A stretch of 64,000 bases of DNA from the human T2T-CHM13v2.0 reference genome, Homo sapiens. A program made the translations under genes and the position numbers. Positions 1 through 15,444 of this stretch are shown here, piece after piece. The stretch lies in NCBI RefSeq assembly GCF_009914755.1, contig NC_060941.1. One strand, 5' to 3'. The number at the start of each line of letters is the position of its first letter. Position 1 is the stretch's first letter. Under the pieces are notes generated by a model. The model saw only the letters and a list, made by a program, of their open reading frames with translations. It ran no database searches and was not told the DNA's origin.

Positions 1-793
1 ATTTCATCTCCTTTTCTAGGGAATTTTTGCCTCCTAAGTTTTCAATATTCCTTGTTCTAGGCCCACCTTGTTACCTTTTGGAGTTGTGTCAACTATACTT
101 GCTGTACTTAGAATTTTAGCAACAGGAATTATTTCTTTATGACTTTTAATTTTTAGGCATCAAATTTCTAAATTTATTGGGTTTATTTTAGCTTTAAGAA
201 AAGAAAAATACTTAAATTTGTATGTTGTAGTAGCCAACACATTCAGATAATAATTAACAGATGATAATGGATTCACAATAGAAAAGGAAAACTACCTAGC
301 AAATTATTTATTGGAGTATTCGTACATAAATATATACAGTTTCAATTCTCCTGAAAGTACACTTTTAATTCTAGTGACATTTAATAAGCCCTAGGCAAAG
401 CTCCATGCAGGCTACTTTGTATGTAGTGGGGAGAAGTGATGACACTATCATTAATAATCTCAATCCCCATCCTGTTTAAAAAAAAAAAAGAAAGATTGGA
501 TTCTTGTTTTCAAGTCCATTTTGTGGGAGATTTCTCTAATCTTCCTACCTTCTCACCCTTTCTCAAAGTACCTACAGTAATGTCTATGGTGACGTGAACT
601 TTTTACTCAAAGAAAGCAACAAGTGTTTTTGCTTGAAATGCATCAAAAATTGCAGTGTTTTTACTTCACCATCGATTGCCTCCAAAAAAAAGTTATAGGC
701 AAAATGAATCAGTGCCCACACAGGATTGTCCTTCAGTATTTTCTGTCTTTATTTGTCACCCAAACTGTTTGTTGTGTTTATAGTCTTTAAAAA

Positions 794-833
794 TGTGTGT
801 CTGTGTGTCGACACACACACACACACACACACA
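794..833. repeat. (TG)n-cg-(CA)n microsatellite
   Basis: tgtgtgtctgtgtgtcgacacacacacacacacacacaca read directly. Confidence 0.9.
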
Positions 834-3800
834 TAAAATTCATTTTCTTTTAGTGTGTGTTCTACTCTCCTTGGCTCCTGTGAACAAGCATTGCTTCCGC
901 CCAGTTTGGTATGTGGGTCAGAAGGCACTGTTTCTCACCAGGGTGCTGCTGTTTCCTTTTCCGACTTGAGTAGATTGCAGATTATACTGGAACATGCCTG
1001 AGAAAAGGTCATAAAGGAGGGTGAAAGTCCTGGAACTGCAGCTGGGAAGCTTGACATTCTCATCTAGGAAAGGGGAGAAGAGAGAGATGGAGAGAGAGAC
1101 ACACACTCCCATCCCAACCAAAAATAACCCACCTGCAGGAAATTCCCTTCTACACAGGGTATTTTTTGTTAAATAACTATTGAGAGTTTGGTTGAAAAAA
1201 CTTTAATGTTAAATTGGATGGCAAGCAAGAACTAAGCAGTGTTTTTAACTTTTCAGAGCCCACATTTCCAGTGACTATTTCAAAACAAGCTACCATTGTA
1301 TTCTTTGACAGAGTCAAGAAGTCAGAGCTTTTCAACTACAGAATTAACTTAGTTAAACTCCTTGGTATATTTTAGATTTTTATCCCTGTCAATTCCACAG
1401 CAAGATATTAAAAACAGTCCAAAAGCTTTGCTCTTCTGTAGAAGACAAAAGTTTACCAAAAAATAAAAAATAAAAAAATAAAAAAAAAGGCCCCGTAGAA
1501 CTCATCATCTAGTTTTTATTTTTGAAAGATATGATATAGGGAATAGAACATCTACATGATGTCTTAGAATAGGTAAAGTGTTGCAAAGAGGGCAAAAATA
1601 AAGGAGATATTTGGGACTGGGGCTGTTTCCGTAGAATTGTCTTCTGAGGAGTGCCAGAGAGTCACATTGACCTCGGGCTTCAGTGTGGCTCAGTAATCCG
1701 ATTTCAAAATGCAAGAGTTCCAAATAGGAGACCAAAGACACTAGGTGAGGAGCTTATATCCTAGAACAATAGTGGGTGTTGTAGATAAGTGTATGGAGAG
1801 GTGATGAGAACAGAATTTAATACAGTCGTAGGAGTCTAGAGTACTGAGTTATAGGAAGGTGTCTATTGTAAACCTTCAGAAAAGTGGAGTGCCTAAAGTG
1901 GATAAGGTCTGTGTCTGTGGTAAGAATAAGTGGGATGATATGTGGACCTCCTAATAACACTGCTCTTTCACAGGGCACCATTGCTTAGTGTCCTTTAGCT
2001 CTTTTTGCAAATGAAGCTTTGCCGTTTCTATACTTATCTCTAATACTCTAATACTATACTTACCTCATATGTCTAATGACAACAGAAGGACAGTGCTCTT
2101 TTTATCCTCCAAATGTTTCACTTGACCCACTTTATTCCATTGTAGGTCTTAGTTTCTCATACCTTCTGTTCCTAAAGAATCTTTCTTTGTCCTCCATTAA
2201 CAATAACTTTTAGAAACCTGTAACAAAAATTTCTCTCTCTCTCTGGTATGACACTCCTTTAAGGTACTTTCTGATCTACAACTATTGTCATTTGATTCCT
2301 TAATGTTATTTTAACTGATTTTATGTCCTTTGGTTCACAATATGGTAAGATATGGAAATTTTTTAAAGGTAGAAAGGATGCAAATACATTCATTTTTTAT
2401 TTTCCCTCTTCTTGTTTGTATCTCGGAAGAAAGACAACTATACATATGTACACACAGATACACTGATAGTAACTTTAATATTTAACATAATCTGAAATGT
2501 TCAACAATTTCAGTTTTGCTAGCTTCAGAGAGTTCTTGCAGTTGGCAGTTTGCCACATTCACATGTTCTCACATCACTGCATTCAGAAGCTAAGAATACC
2601 AACCTGGCAGCTTCTGCACAGAGGGTAAAGATAAAACAGAAGGGAGTCTAACTTTGCAGCCACATTACCTGGGAGTTGCTGCTGATGTCTTTTCCACAAA
2701 TGTCCAAGTTTGTCAAAGCCCAGTAAATCTTAGAAAGTTTATTTTCCTTGTAGCATCTGTGTTTTATAATGGGTCTTTTAATTTGTTTTTACTTTGTCTG
2801 CAGGGATTTCTTTTGTCCGGAGTTTTCAGACTCTGTCTTTTTTTTTTTTTTTTTTTTCCTGTGGAAGTGAGTCTGTTAATGATGACTGGTTTGGGAATAT
2901 GCCTCTCTGCAAAGCTGACCTGACAAGCTATTCCTCCAGCGTGGCAACAAAGCCCATTGTTATTTTCTCTGTTCACTTTTATCCTCAACTTAATCCATTT
3001 TTCTTCTGTGTTTTTATAGTATAGAATGTCTGGGAAAACATAATTTAGGACAAAGCATAAGTAAGATGGTATTTTGAAGTTAGCAAAACTTTTAGTAAAC
3101 AGATCACACCATGTCATTCTCATATATGCAGACAGTGGAACTATGTGTTAGTATGGAGATTGAGAGTTTGTGTCCCCCAAAGTACACGTACCTGTAGATA
3201 TCCTTTATCCAAAAGGTAACAGGAAAAAAAGAGCACAAGAAGTTGTTTTCATAATTCCTTTTTTTTTTTAAATTGCAAACTTTTAGAAGATAAACATAGA
3301 AAGTCAGTGGTTGAACCCGAAAGTGAATGGTTCTGGTGTAATGGCTTTGTATTGTAATATTAAAAACAATAATAGCAGTAAACAAAAAACTGAAAGCAGA
3401 ACAAAAACAAGACATCATAGCTTTAAACATCAAGGGATGTTTTAAAAATTCTGATTTTTAAATAATTTTGTATCCCCAAATAGAATTCCTGCTTTAACTT
3501 ATTGAGAAACCATTTTATTGGAACTCGGGATTTCTTTCCCCCAAGAGAACTCCATCTATCGTGGGGACTGGTAAACCTCTAAAGGATCAAAGCTCTAGTG
3601 GATTTGGATAAAGACCCAAAAGCCTGAGGCTTATGCAAGTTTATCTATATAGAGTAAGCCCAAAAAACTGGGATGAGAGTCTTAGATGAGCTTATTTTCT
3701 CATGAGATTTTTGGGACTTCCTCTGTCTGCTTGTGCCAGAAATACTGTGAGAATATTCATTCTCATGGCATTTGTCACTTACAGGTCTCCTCTTAGCTGG

Positions 3801-4377
3801 AATTTGAAAGTATAATAGTGTGTGAAATATTTTATGTATCTCAAGACTTCATGCAGTCCACTACCAAAACTGCACTTAAATAACCTCTGTTCTTTTTCAT
3901 TGTACTCATGCAATAAAGGAAAAAATAGAAGAGTATAGTAAAGAAAGGTTAGTGAAGGTGATACCTTGTAACTCTCTTCATAGATCTCAGAAATATTATT
4001 TGTATCTTATGTATTTCTGAGAGGTGAAGCAAAGAAAAAGAATAGCAATAGACTTCATCTAGGTCCAAGGCAGACACTGCAGGTTTCTTCCTGCTGAACT
4101 TCCTTATACGAAGAGGCTTGAGGTTTAATGAAGAATTCTGGCTTGAAAATTTAGGCTTGATATAACCACATGGAAATGTCTAAAGATCTATTTTTAAAGT
4201 TATCAAGTCTAACCTTCTAGGCCAGTGAACGTGAGACTAAGCAGAATAGTGAAAGCCGCAGACTCCAGTCATCTGGCAACCTTCTGAAGTACTGAGTCCC
4301 CTCCAGAATTATTTTTTCTATAGATCATAGGGCCGTATTTTTCTCTACCTCCTGGACATGGAAATAAATATATTTCC

Positions 4378-4600
4378 TTCATTCATTCAGCAAACATTTA
4401 TTGAGCTGTTAGCTATTAATGACTAGTAAGACACTATCCTCAGGAGTATAGGCAGCCTGGTGGAGTCTCCAGTATTGTGGAGGACAAATCTGGAGGTTTG
4501 TTAGATTCTAGCTGAATTTTCAAAGAAAATCCAAGACAGTGTAAATAGTGTAAAATCATTTATAACCAAAGATTTTAACAATAGGTCCTGGAAGAAAGGA
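4378..4600 (-). mobile_element. L2 3'-end fragment
   Basis: cattcattcagcaaacatttattgagc is the typical L2 terminus in reverse orientation; downstream boundary uncertain. Confidence 0.55.
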
Positions 4601-5989
4601 TTGTTAGGCTGTCTTGTGTAGTTATTGCATTTATTTATTTAATGTGTATTATTTACATGTCTGTGTCAGCTATTGAGATTTCTGGTCTAAGCTAGCTCTT
4701 TCATTTTACTAACTTCTGATGTTATTTATACATTTCTCCTGCTTTATTTTCTACTAGAAAAGCAAAATAAAAAGATAGAGATTCCTTCCTTTATGCTCAA
4801 AATTTGTATACCTTTTCTCCCTTTTTAAGTTGTCCTTTAAAACAATAATAAAAGTGACTCCTTACTTTTTGTTCCTGAGTCATTTTTCAGATGTATTTAT
4901 TAGCATGGTTTTCTCCCATTTTTCATTTTTTGTTAATATGTCTTTCTGTAACATTACATTATGAACTCTTTGAAAGTCCCTTGGACTTACTCCTTCAGAA
5001 TCTAGAACAGGGCCTGATACCAATAAGCCTCCAAAAGTGTGAAGTGACAGAGCAAAGATTGAGTGGAACTTTTGCTTGGCGCAGTATGCATCTTTGTTAA
5101 TGTCTTCTTTTTCAGTGTCAGTCTTTAAATCTTTGTTCTCTGTTACCTTGATTTTATCCTATCAGCAGTTCCTTTGCTTATGGCTTACAATCTGACTTTT
5201 CCACCTCACTGCTGAAACTACCCTACTGAAGACTATTAGAGTTAGCTTTTTCTCTGAGTTTGTCTTCTTAGATCTTGGCCTTATTGAGCATTTTATTAAT
5301 ATACTCATTGTTTCATTAAAACTGTGTTTATAAGTTGCTAGCCATATCCATTAATATGTAAGACAGACACCACCCCTACGAACATAAACATGAATGTAAA
5401 ACCTACACAACTTACTTTGCTCTCTCAGATGTGCTGGTTTCAAATGGACTCTACAGCATAAACACAGGAGCAGGCTGAGAAGGATAGATCTGAAGTTCTT
5501 TGTATGCTATTCTGAGGTTGTCCTTTATCCTGGTGAGACAGTGAAGCATTTTAAGTTGTGCCTAGCTAAACCACAGATTTGGAACTTCTCGGTGAATCAC
5601 TTCATTTTCCTAGACCACTCCTTTTATCTGTCAAATTCAATGACTTCAACATCTATACTGTTCCCTCGCTGAAGAACTTAACCTAAGTTCCTACTCCTCT
5701 GGCTCAATTGAGAGGTCCTCCTAAAACTGAAATATTTTATCTGCCATAGTTAGAGATTCCTCACTACTCCTCACATAATGGCATCCCTTTATACCACTCT
5801 CCCCTCACGTTATCCTTCATGCCCAGAATATTCCTTCTCTCCTACCCTTATCCATATTTTGTCCAATTTTCAAAATCTAGATCATATCCCATTTGCCCTT
5901 TTCCTTGAGCCCTTTTCCATATAAAGTTGTTCCCACGTCTGCTTATCTTTGGTTCTTGGCAATTAGCACTTAATGATTCCTGTTTGTGC

Positions 5990-6078
5990 CTGTTAGACTG
6001 TAAGCTTCATGATAACAAGGAAAACAGTCCCTTACAGTGTTATCTTAAGCTAAGGCACTCAACAAATATTTGTTTACT
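5990..6078 (+). mobile_element. L2 3'-end fragment
   Basis: tagactgtaagcttcatga...taaggcactcaacaaatatttgtt, L2 terminal motifs. Confidence 0.55.
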
Positions 6079-7094
6079 AGTTGTGAAATACATATGATGT
6101 ACACAATTCTTAATTTTCACCAGCTTGTGACAGAAAGTTGCAGTCTGATTTCAAATTCAAGTTAATATTAGCATAGTTGTCTAATAGCGATTTTATAATT
6201 ATTTACATCTATATTGGCCTTGAGAGTGTGATAATAAATTACTTCGAATGGCTTAACTATGAAGCAGTTTTTCTCATTTCTTCCACAAATATAATATTTT
6301 AATGTGATTTCCCTCTTCATATTTTCTACAAGGTTCTGTGTTGTGGCCTAAATCATCTTGTGTGTATTGTGAATTCTGTCTTTTGTTATTCCTGCAACAG
6401 GTGTAGATGGCTTCTGTTAACTTTAATGTGTATTCTGAATTGGAAATTGAGGAGATAGAGAACGATTTATTTTATTTGCATGAATTTCTTATCTTTCCCC
6501 ATATTTTACAAAAGAGACATTTATCAAAGGTTAACTTGATAGTTCTATAGAGTAATATAAAAGGATAGATTTGTGTCCAAGGAAGAAGTAACATTTGGTT
6601 AAGCCACTATCCTAATTCTGAAGCCACTGTCATCTTGTTACGATTTTTTAGAAAGGCACTTTTGACTTTTCACTACCTCTCAGGCTACCATTAGATACTG
6701 TGTGGTAGTTCTCCCTCTATCCTGAATCCATGCTATTTTTAAAGCAAATGTCTTTTAGGATGTGTTTTAGAAATAAGATATTAATTAGGACTTTCGGGGG
6801 GGATGCTTTTGCTGTGTACATAAATTGGTCAACTTAATTCGAATTAGTAAAAAAAATTTATATGTGTGTTTACTGTGGTTATTTAAAAAATACCTTATCT
6901 ATTGCTAACCACATAAATGGGGTTGATAATTTTTATCGACAGTCAAGAACAGTGATATAAAATTAACATTAAGTCAATAAGAAGTTTTTTGCATGAAAGA
7001 GTTGTTGGATTACAGGCACTGGCTTATTCCGTAACACAGAAAATGAGGTAATTTTTATAGTTTCTCTGTAAACCCATCAATTAATAAGACTCAC

Positions 7095-7900
7095 TAGAAA
7101 ACTACAGTAATTGAGAAAATGTGGTATTGGTGAAAGGCTACACACATAGATCAATGGAACACATGGATCAATGCAGGAATAGAACCACATGTATATGGTC
7201 AGTTGGTTTTTGACAAACATGGAAAGGCAATTAAAGGAGAAAGGATAATCTTTTTAGCAAATGGTGATGGAACAATTACACTTCTATATTAAAAAAATGA
7301 ATACAATGAACCTCAGCTCTCACTACATACACAAAAATGAACTAAAAATAAATCACAGTTTGCTTTTCCCCTGTCAAATCAACATTGCACTGGAAGTTCT
7401 AGGTAGGTCAGTGAGGAGGAAAAAAAAAAAGGGCATCTAGACTGGAAAGGCAGAAGTAAAACTATCTGTTTTTTGAGGATGACATAATTATGTATGTAGA
7501 AAATCCTTAGGAATCCAGAAGACATTATTAGAACTAAGAAAGGAGCTCAGCAAAGTTGTAGGATACAAGATCAATGTACAAAAGTTACCTGTATTTCTAT
7601 ACATTAACAATGAATAATCTGAAAAATGAAATTAAGAAAACAATTCCATTTTCAAATTGCATGAAAAAGAATGAAATAATTAGTAGTAAGTTAACCAAAG
7701 AAGTACAAAACTTGTACCCTGAAAACTACAAAACAACATTGAAAGAAATTTAAGAATACCTAGGTAAATGGAAAGGCATCCTAAGTTCTTGGATTAAAAG
7801 GTATATTATTGTTAAAATGGCAGTATTCCACAAATTGATCTCCAGATTAAATGTAATCCCTATCAAAAACTCAGCTGGCTTTTGTTTAGAAATTGACAAG
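7095..7900 (+). mobile_element. Old L1M ORF2 fragments (RT region)
   Basis: ctacagtaattgagaaaatgtggtattgg...atagatcaatggaac, and ctatctgttttttgaggatgacataattatgtatgtagaaaatcct (degenerate LFADDMIVY-ENP motif). Confidence 0.8.
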
Positions 7901-8056
7901 GTATGGGGGAACTAGCAGATTGTGTTGGATGTAAGGACCTAAGCAGGGCAACAAACCACTTTAACTGTCTTTAGAAAGATTAGGAATTCAGCCCTAATTC
8001 CCAAAGACTGAAATATGTTAATAATTAAGTCACACTTGGTGTTACCAGAATACTTC

Positions 8057-8342
8057 TTTTTTGTTTGTTTGTTTAGAGACAGGGTCTCTCTAATGCCACC
8101 TGGGCTTGGAGTGCAGGGGTGCTATCATAGCTCACTGTAACCTTGAATTTCTGGACTCAAGTAATCCTCTTGTCTCAGTCTTTAGTAGCTAGGATGACAA
8201 GCGTGTACCACAATACTCAGCTAATTTTTGATATTTTTTGTAGAGATGGGGTCTCACTCTGTTGCCCAGGCTGGCCTCAAACTCCTGGCCTCCTGCCTTG
8301 GCCTCCCAAGGTGCTGGGATTACAGTCATGAGCTATCCAGCT
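8057..8342 (-). mobile_element. AluJ-like element
   Basis: T-rich tail then gagacagggtctc...gctgggattacag; highly diverged. Confidence 0.85.
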
Positions 8343-8461
8343 CTCCAAGAATAGTTTGGTTTCTTCTCATCCACATAATTGTAATTCTCTTGGCATCAAT
8401 TCTACCTTTGATGCCTTTCTTAAATGATTACTGGAGTCAGTGAAAACCCTATCGGAGATAG

Positions 8462-8671
<210 letters not shown>

Positions 8672-11026
8672 TAAGGCCTTAGACTTGATGCTTTTTTAAC
8701 AGCTGTTTTATAGGGTTGAATGAATAAAAATAAAACATACTTTTTCTTTGTGTGGTTTTTATTATGTTCTTCATTTCCAGCTCAAATAAGACTTAATGGC
8801 ATCAGATTAAGTACAAAGCATAGAACTTGCACAAGCATACTTGCACACAACCATGTATACACACATTCATCGAGAAAAACAAAACAGTGACAAGCTGTGA
8901 AAACTAGTATTGGCTAATCAAAAACAGATCCATCTACTTCGTCTTATGCTTACTGCCTTGTGGCTTTGCCTGCAAGTACAGTTTCATTTTCCTGGCTCTT
9001 TCGGGATTTGAAATGACTCCCAAATTTTGACAGATACAAATATGGAGAGAACCTTAGATGACAACCATCTTTTTAGTACTTTGAAAAAATCATCTATATT
9101 GAGATATAATTTACATATAATAATCTGTCATTAGTGTCAGGACAATGTGATGTCATTGGTAGTTTTCAAAGCCAGTGCACTAAGATTTGGGCTTTATTTA
9201 AGATTGGTCATTAACTTCCTTAAAGACTTTTGATTACTCACTTGATTTATTTGTGCTTATTTTAGCAATTTGCTACCCCTTAGGAATATAAGATTATCAC
9301 TTCAATAGGTTCCTGAAAATAAACTGCTAGGTCTATGATATCATTAGATATTCAATTGTATATTAACACTGGAAATCCATTTTATATCAGAAAATATATG
9401 TCTATAGGCAAATTATTTGTTTTCCATAATGAGCAATCCTGAAGTTTAATCTAATTTGAAATGAAACAACTTTTTTACATTTCTGTATTAAAGTAGTCAA
9501 GAGAAAACCCTGTCTGGCCTCAAACAGTCCTCAAGTTCTTTCCAATGAAAGGAATATATTATTTGGCTGCTACGTCAATATATCTTAATTTTGTTGTGCT
9601 CAGTATTAATGTGCTTACAGAGGTCACTTTTGTGAGAAGAAATACTCAGTAGTCTCAGGGACAAGGCCTTTGAGCTCCAGGTATCACCACAACATAGAAA
9701 TTGACTCTGTAGCTAGGTGGAGTGGTGTTTGTATATAAAAAGATCCTGTTGCTGCATGCAGACATAAAATTGAGTCTGTGGCATTTGCTGTGTTTTTCAG
9801 CAAAACTTCATCCCAAATCAGACATCTTAAGGCACCAATAATTTGGTCTGTATATCTTTTTAATTTTTTTCAGCTTTTTAACTCCTTGGGCCCAGGAAAA
9901 GTATAATTTTAAATTGGATTTCAACTTTCTCTTCCTCTGTTAGTTTATTTTAAAATAATTTAAGAATAATGGCTGTGAATAATGAAGAGGTTATGTCCTT
10001 TATATTCACAATTAGGTTATTTTTTCATTGTATATTACATTCCTGGGATGTAGAATCAAAAATGGGACTAAATCTGGAATCATAACTTTAAAGTTTCTTT
10101 TTTACTTACTGAAGTTAGTCAGTACATAATTGTATCATCTTGATTCACTCCAGCATTGTACAATTCTCCAAAGTACTTACAAATTTTAGCCTGTCTTTTC
10201 TGAATCTAAGTGAAACCATCCTCAAAATTGTTTCTCTGTAATTTAATTTTATATTCAGAGTGAGGGAAATTTAAGAAGGTTCAAAAGGCTCCTGGAGTCA
10301 TAAAAGCATATTCTGGTGCTTTGTTTCTGGTGCGTGTTTATTTAATTTTAACATAAGAGCTGTCCTGTTTTATAATGCAAAGAATTAGCTCTCTTTTTCT
10401 AATGAGCTTCTCCAAATATATCTCTGAAATAGTAACTGAAGTTTAGTGCATAAAATGATATGATGTTAGAATTTAATTCATAATATTTATGGTGAGGGGT
10501 AGGAAGTGAGTCTGCTTTTTTATGTAGTATTTGAAATTTTCCATAAGAAGATAAAATCTCTTGCTTTCTTTCTCTCTCTCTCCCTCTTACAACCCGATTT
10601 CTCTCTACACTGAGATGAATAGAAACTGTTAGTCATTTGGTGTCCTCCTGTGTTACTACACATTATGAATTTAGATAAAATTCTTATGTTTCCTTTTCTT
10701 ACAAAAATTTGCTCTCTGTTCTCAGATTTTTGGAGCATGTATTCTGTTGCGTTATGAACAATTTATTAATAAGGGAACTGTTATCAATTTGAGTTGTTTT
10801 ATGTGCTTTGAAACAAATGTTAGTTAAGATACTTGTATCATATTGTTTACTAGGCTTTGTATCTCAATTTATACCATTTTATTTCTGCCATAGTTTCGAA
10901 TTCTTTTTTAGCAAGCCTTGTATTGAAGTGTTTAGAGAGAATAATTGATACTTGTCCCACAATGAGTACTAGGTTTTAATTTATTTGTGACATAGTTTCA
11001 GACTTACAGAAATGTTTCAAGACTAG

Positions 11027-11487
<461 letters not shown>

Positions 11488-11840
11488 TACGTTTTTGCAG
11501 CCTTAATATACCCTTATCCCTACATACTTCAATGTGTAATTTCTAAAGGCACAGACATTCTCTTATATAACTGTAGTACAGTTATCAGAAGAAGAGACCT
11601 TGAACGTACTTCATTAGTTTTTCTTAATTCCACATAATTGTTGTCTATAATGATTTTTCTACTTGTAGCATAGCTTTAGTGTACTACAAATTACCCAACC
11701 TACTGTTCCTTTTTTCCCTCACCATCTACTATTTTTTATCCCTTCCTATTAATATAGAGTACAGTGACTGATAAGACTTTGATGATAGTGGTCAGTCATA
11801 CTTGACTGTTGCTAGATGACAAGACTCAATATCTTTAAGC

Positions 11841-12131
11841 CAGAGGTCCCCAACCCCTGGGCCACAGACTGGTGCTAGTCCCTGGCCTGTTAGGAACTGA
11901 GCCGCACAGCAGGAGGTGAACAACAGGCGAGTGAGCATCACCGCCTGAGCTCTGCCTCCTGTCAGATCAGCATCGGCATTAGATTCTCGTTAAGAGTGCA
12001 AACCCTATTGTTGTGAACTACACATGTGAGGGACCTAGGTTGCACACTCCTTATGAGAATCTAATGCCTCATGATCTGAAGTGAAACTTCCATGAAACCT
12101 ATTCCTGGTGCCAAAAAGGTTGGGGATCGCT
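11841..12131 (+). mobile_element. MER1B (hAT-Charlie non-autonomous DNA transposon)
   Basis: Ends cagaggtccccaacc ... ggttggggatcgct form TIRs; internal tgttaggaactgagccgcacagcaggaggtga; 8-bp TSD-like ctttaagc/ccttaagc. Confidence 0.85.
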
Positions 12132-13831
12132 CCTTAAGCCACTCTCTGAAGAGTTTGTTGATTATACCTGGAAACTACTATTGACTTTTCTGATTGTTCT
12201 TTTACTATAAGTTATCTAAAACATTTAATCATAAAGTTTTCAGAATATAATATATGGTTTGATTATCTTAAAATTTAACATTTTCACTAAAATACATGTA
12301 TTTTGCCTTGTCAAAAGTAATATTTGATTCGTGAGAACCAAATATATTCTGTGAATTTTCATTTTTGCTATATTCTGAGTTTTGAAACAAATCTCAGACA
12401 ATATTTCATCCCATTAGCTTTCATCCTATTAGATTTTAAAGGCTATATTTATTTTATTAAATTTTTTTTACTATGACAAATTCTTAAGACTGGAGTTAGC
12501 TAATTTCCATTAATTATTGGCATTAAATTGTATTGTATTTGCTGAGAAATCTGATGGCTCCATTAACGTCACCAGGGTGATGAGCACATGAGAGTTTTCA
12601 TTTTCCATGTCTCTTTTTATTCTGGAAATTCTCATTTACTCAAGCTTTGCTTTTATAAAATTCCTTTCCTAGTATTTTTAAAATAAAATCAACAAGAAGT
12701 ATTTGACATGGATTATGTAGAAAGAGAACACAGAGTGACCCACTTATAGACAGGTAAATTATATTCTGTTTTCAATATACCTGATAATGTAGTTGGTAAA
12801 ATTATGTACTTAGGTTAGATAAGCTTCCACTTCATCTATGTCCGAGGTATTTTGCACATGGTCATAAAATAACCATAAAGTGTTATATTTCTAAAGTAGA
12901 GATTTCTAAAGATTTCTAGGATCCAGTAATTAAATACCCAAATTGAGATAGAAGCCTCAACTTAAACCTTAAGGGGACAAAACGTGTGTTTACCATATTC
13001 AACATCTGCCTTCTTATGTTTGCAAATACATATGCCTGAAAGCCTGTGCAGTGTCAGGGACCATCTGTCTCACTGCGAGACATACATGAGGCCAGTAGAA
13101 CTACAAATAGCAGAAGACAGATGTATTTACACCTTCTTGTTCAGTACCTTGAAGCAGCACTTGGAGGTAATAAGGCCTGTTTTGGCAACAGCTGCTGCTT
13201 AACTCTGTGACAGTATACATTGATGGAGGTAAAAGAAGTGTTAGACATTATTTGGCTCCAATAATCACCCATTCAAACAGACTCTGTTTTCTTTCAGTTT
13301 AAGACTGGAGGTTTAAAAAGTCCAGGTTATCATGTTCTTATCATATGTAAGTAAGAATAGTTCTCCTAATCTATTAAAAGTGGAATTAGGTGCTAAGAGG
13401 TTGCACCATATCTTGGATGTTAGGTTTGTAGTAGGGATTTATTAGCAGCATTTCATAGATGTTTGGCATTATCAAGTGAGTGATCAAGTTTTAAAAAATA
13501 TTTTCTATGTAACAATTCACAAAAAAATGTTCATCAATGAGCTTAATTTTATCTGCTTAAATCTAAAATTATTTATATTTCCAAATTATTTTATGGACAC
13601 AAGCAGAGAACAGTAAATTTCAAAAAGAAGTCATGGTAGGTAGTTCCGTGGGAATAAAAAATATTAAAATTGAAAATGAAGTTACTTCCTTGCTCTTACT
13701 AGGTGGAGCACTTTTTGTGAAGTAAACATGGGATGATTTGCTCTCTCGTAGGTTTCCTTTTCCTTAAATGGAAGTAGCTCCTCATTTCTTTCCCCCTCCC
13801 CATCTTTATATTTACTCATTTCATTTCTTCT

Positions 13832-14147
<316 letters not shown>

Positions 14148-14207
14148 TGAAGATTTAGGTGGTTATTAGGAAGCTTCAGATGCACCCTGTAGAAGTAGGT
14201 TAAGTAA

Positions 14208-14312
14208 TGTAGTGGAAAAAATATGGAATTGGGAGTCTGAGGCCCTGGCTTCTTCTCATCTGGGTTCTGCACCTATTTGCCAGTGTGTCCTAGGTAAATT
14301 TCTTCACCTGAA
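14208..14312 (+). mobile_element. MIR fragment
   Basis: gtagtggaaaaa...ggagtctgaggccctgg...tgtgtcctaggtaaatttcttcacct, MIR core-like. Confidence 0.55.
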
Positions 14313-15002
14313 AAAAAAAAGTTTATATATATGGATTATAATCTTTTAATCCTTATCATGTATGAGTTTCTACCAGTTCTTTGGTCCCATTTCTAAGCCT
14401 CAGGACTGTTGAGCAGCCGTAAGCCAGTGCTGATGGGCTCAGGCCCCACTTAGAAAGCATAGATGCTTTTAAATGATATTAAATGGAAGCATTAAATAGC
14501 ATTTATTCAGACACATCCAGTTGATATTTGTAGACCAAATCTACCATCAGACTTGGCTATGTGAGTAAATGATATTGGCATATAGTAGGCCTTGCAGAAG
14601 GTCTATTCCTTATTTTAATTCAATTAGGTACACCTTGGCTCAGTTACACAGTTTGGCCTGAGCCTTAAACTTTATAGGCAAAGTTCGGAGAATTAAATTG
14701 GAAATATTTGGAGAAAGACCCACTAGATACAGATATAATAGCTTGGGTAATTCCCCACCTCATGTTTCTGCCTTATGTAAGTACCAGTTCTTCATAGCTA
14801 AGCAATGGATGTTTGGTTCTAGATATTAAATAATGGACAATGTATTTTCATTGGAATATGTATGGATGTGACTACATATGCAATATATTTAACATAGTTT
14901 GAGTTCCAATTTTTCTGCTATATCAGTGGAGTACTTAAACCACACCATACTGTAAATCTGGGAATTTTTTTTGGATGATGTCTACTATATACCATATATA
15001 TA

Positions 15003-15312
15003 TTTTTTGTTTGTTTGTTTGTTTTGTTTTGTTTTTGATATGGAGTCTCGCTCTGTAGCCCAGGCTGGAGAGCAGTGGCGTGATCTTGGCTCACTGCAAG
15101 CTCCGCCTCCTGGGTTCACACCATTCTCCTCCCTCAGCCTCCCGAGTAGCTGGAGGCGCCCGCCACCACGCTTGGCTAATTTTTTTGTATTTTTAGTAGA
15201 GATGGGGTTTCACTGTGTTAGCCAGGATGGTCTCATTCTCTTGACCTCGTGATCCACCTGCCTCCACCTCCCAAAGTGCTGGAATTACAGGCGTGAGCCA
15301 CCGCGCCCAGCC
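15003..15312 (-). mobile_element. AluY-like element
   Basis: AluY diagnostics ctgcaagctccgcctcc, ccattctcc, tgtgttagccaggatgg; flanked by tataccatat repeats (TSD). Confidence 0.9.
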
Positions 15313-15444
15313 TATACCATATTTTTAAAAGTCAGCAGGCATAAATTTCTACAGAAGTTTGACATTATTTATGTTATGTTCATCTCTTTTTTTGCCACAT
15401 ATAACAGAATTTTAACATTATCAATGTTTTTTTCCTAATGAAAA

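Noticed and set aside
1138-1147. Perfect NF-kB site (GGGAATTTCC on the minus strand)
   Set aside because: A single degenerate 10-mer in 64 kb is compatible with chance; no supporting cluster.
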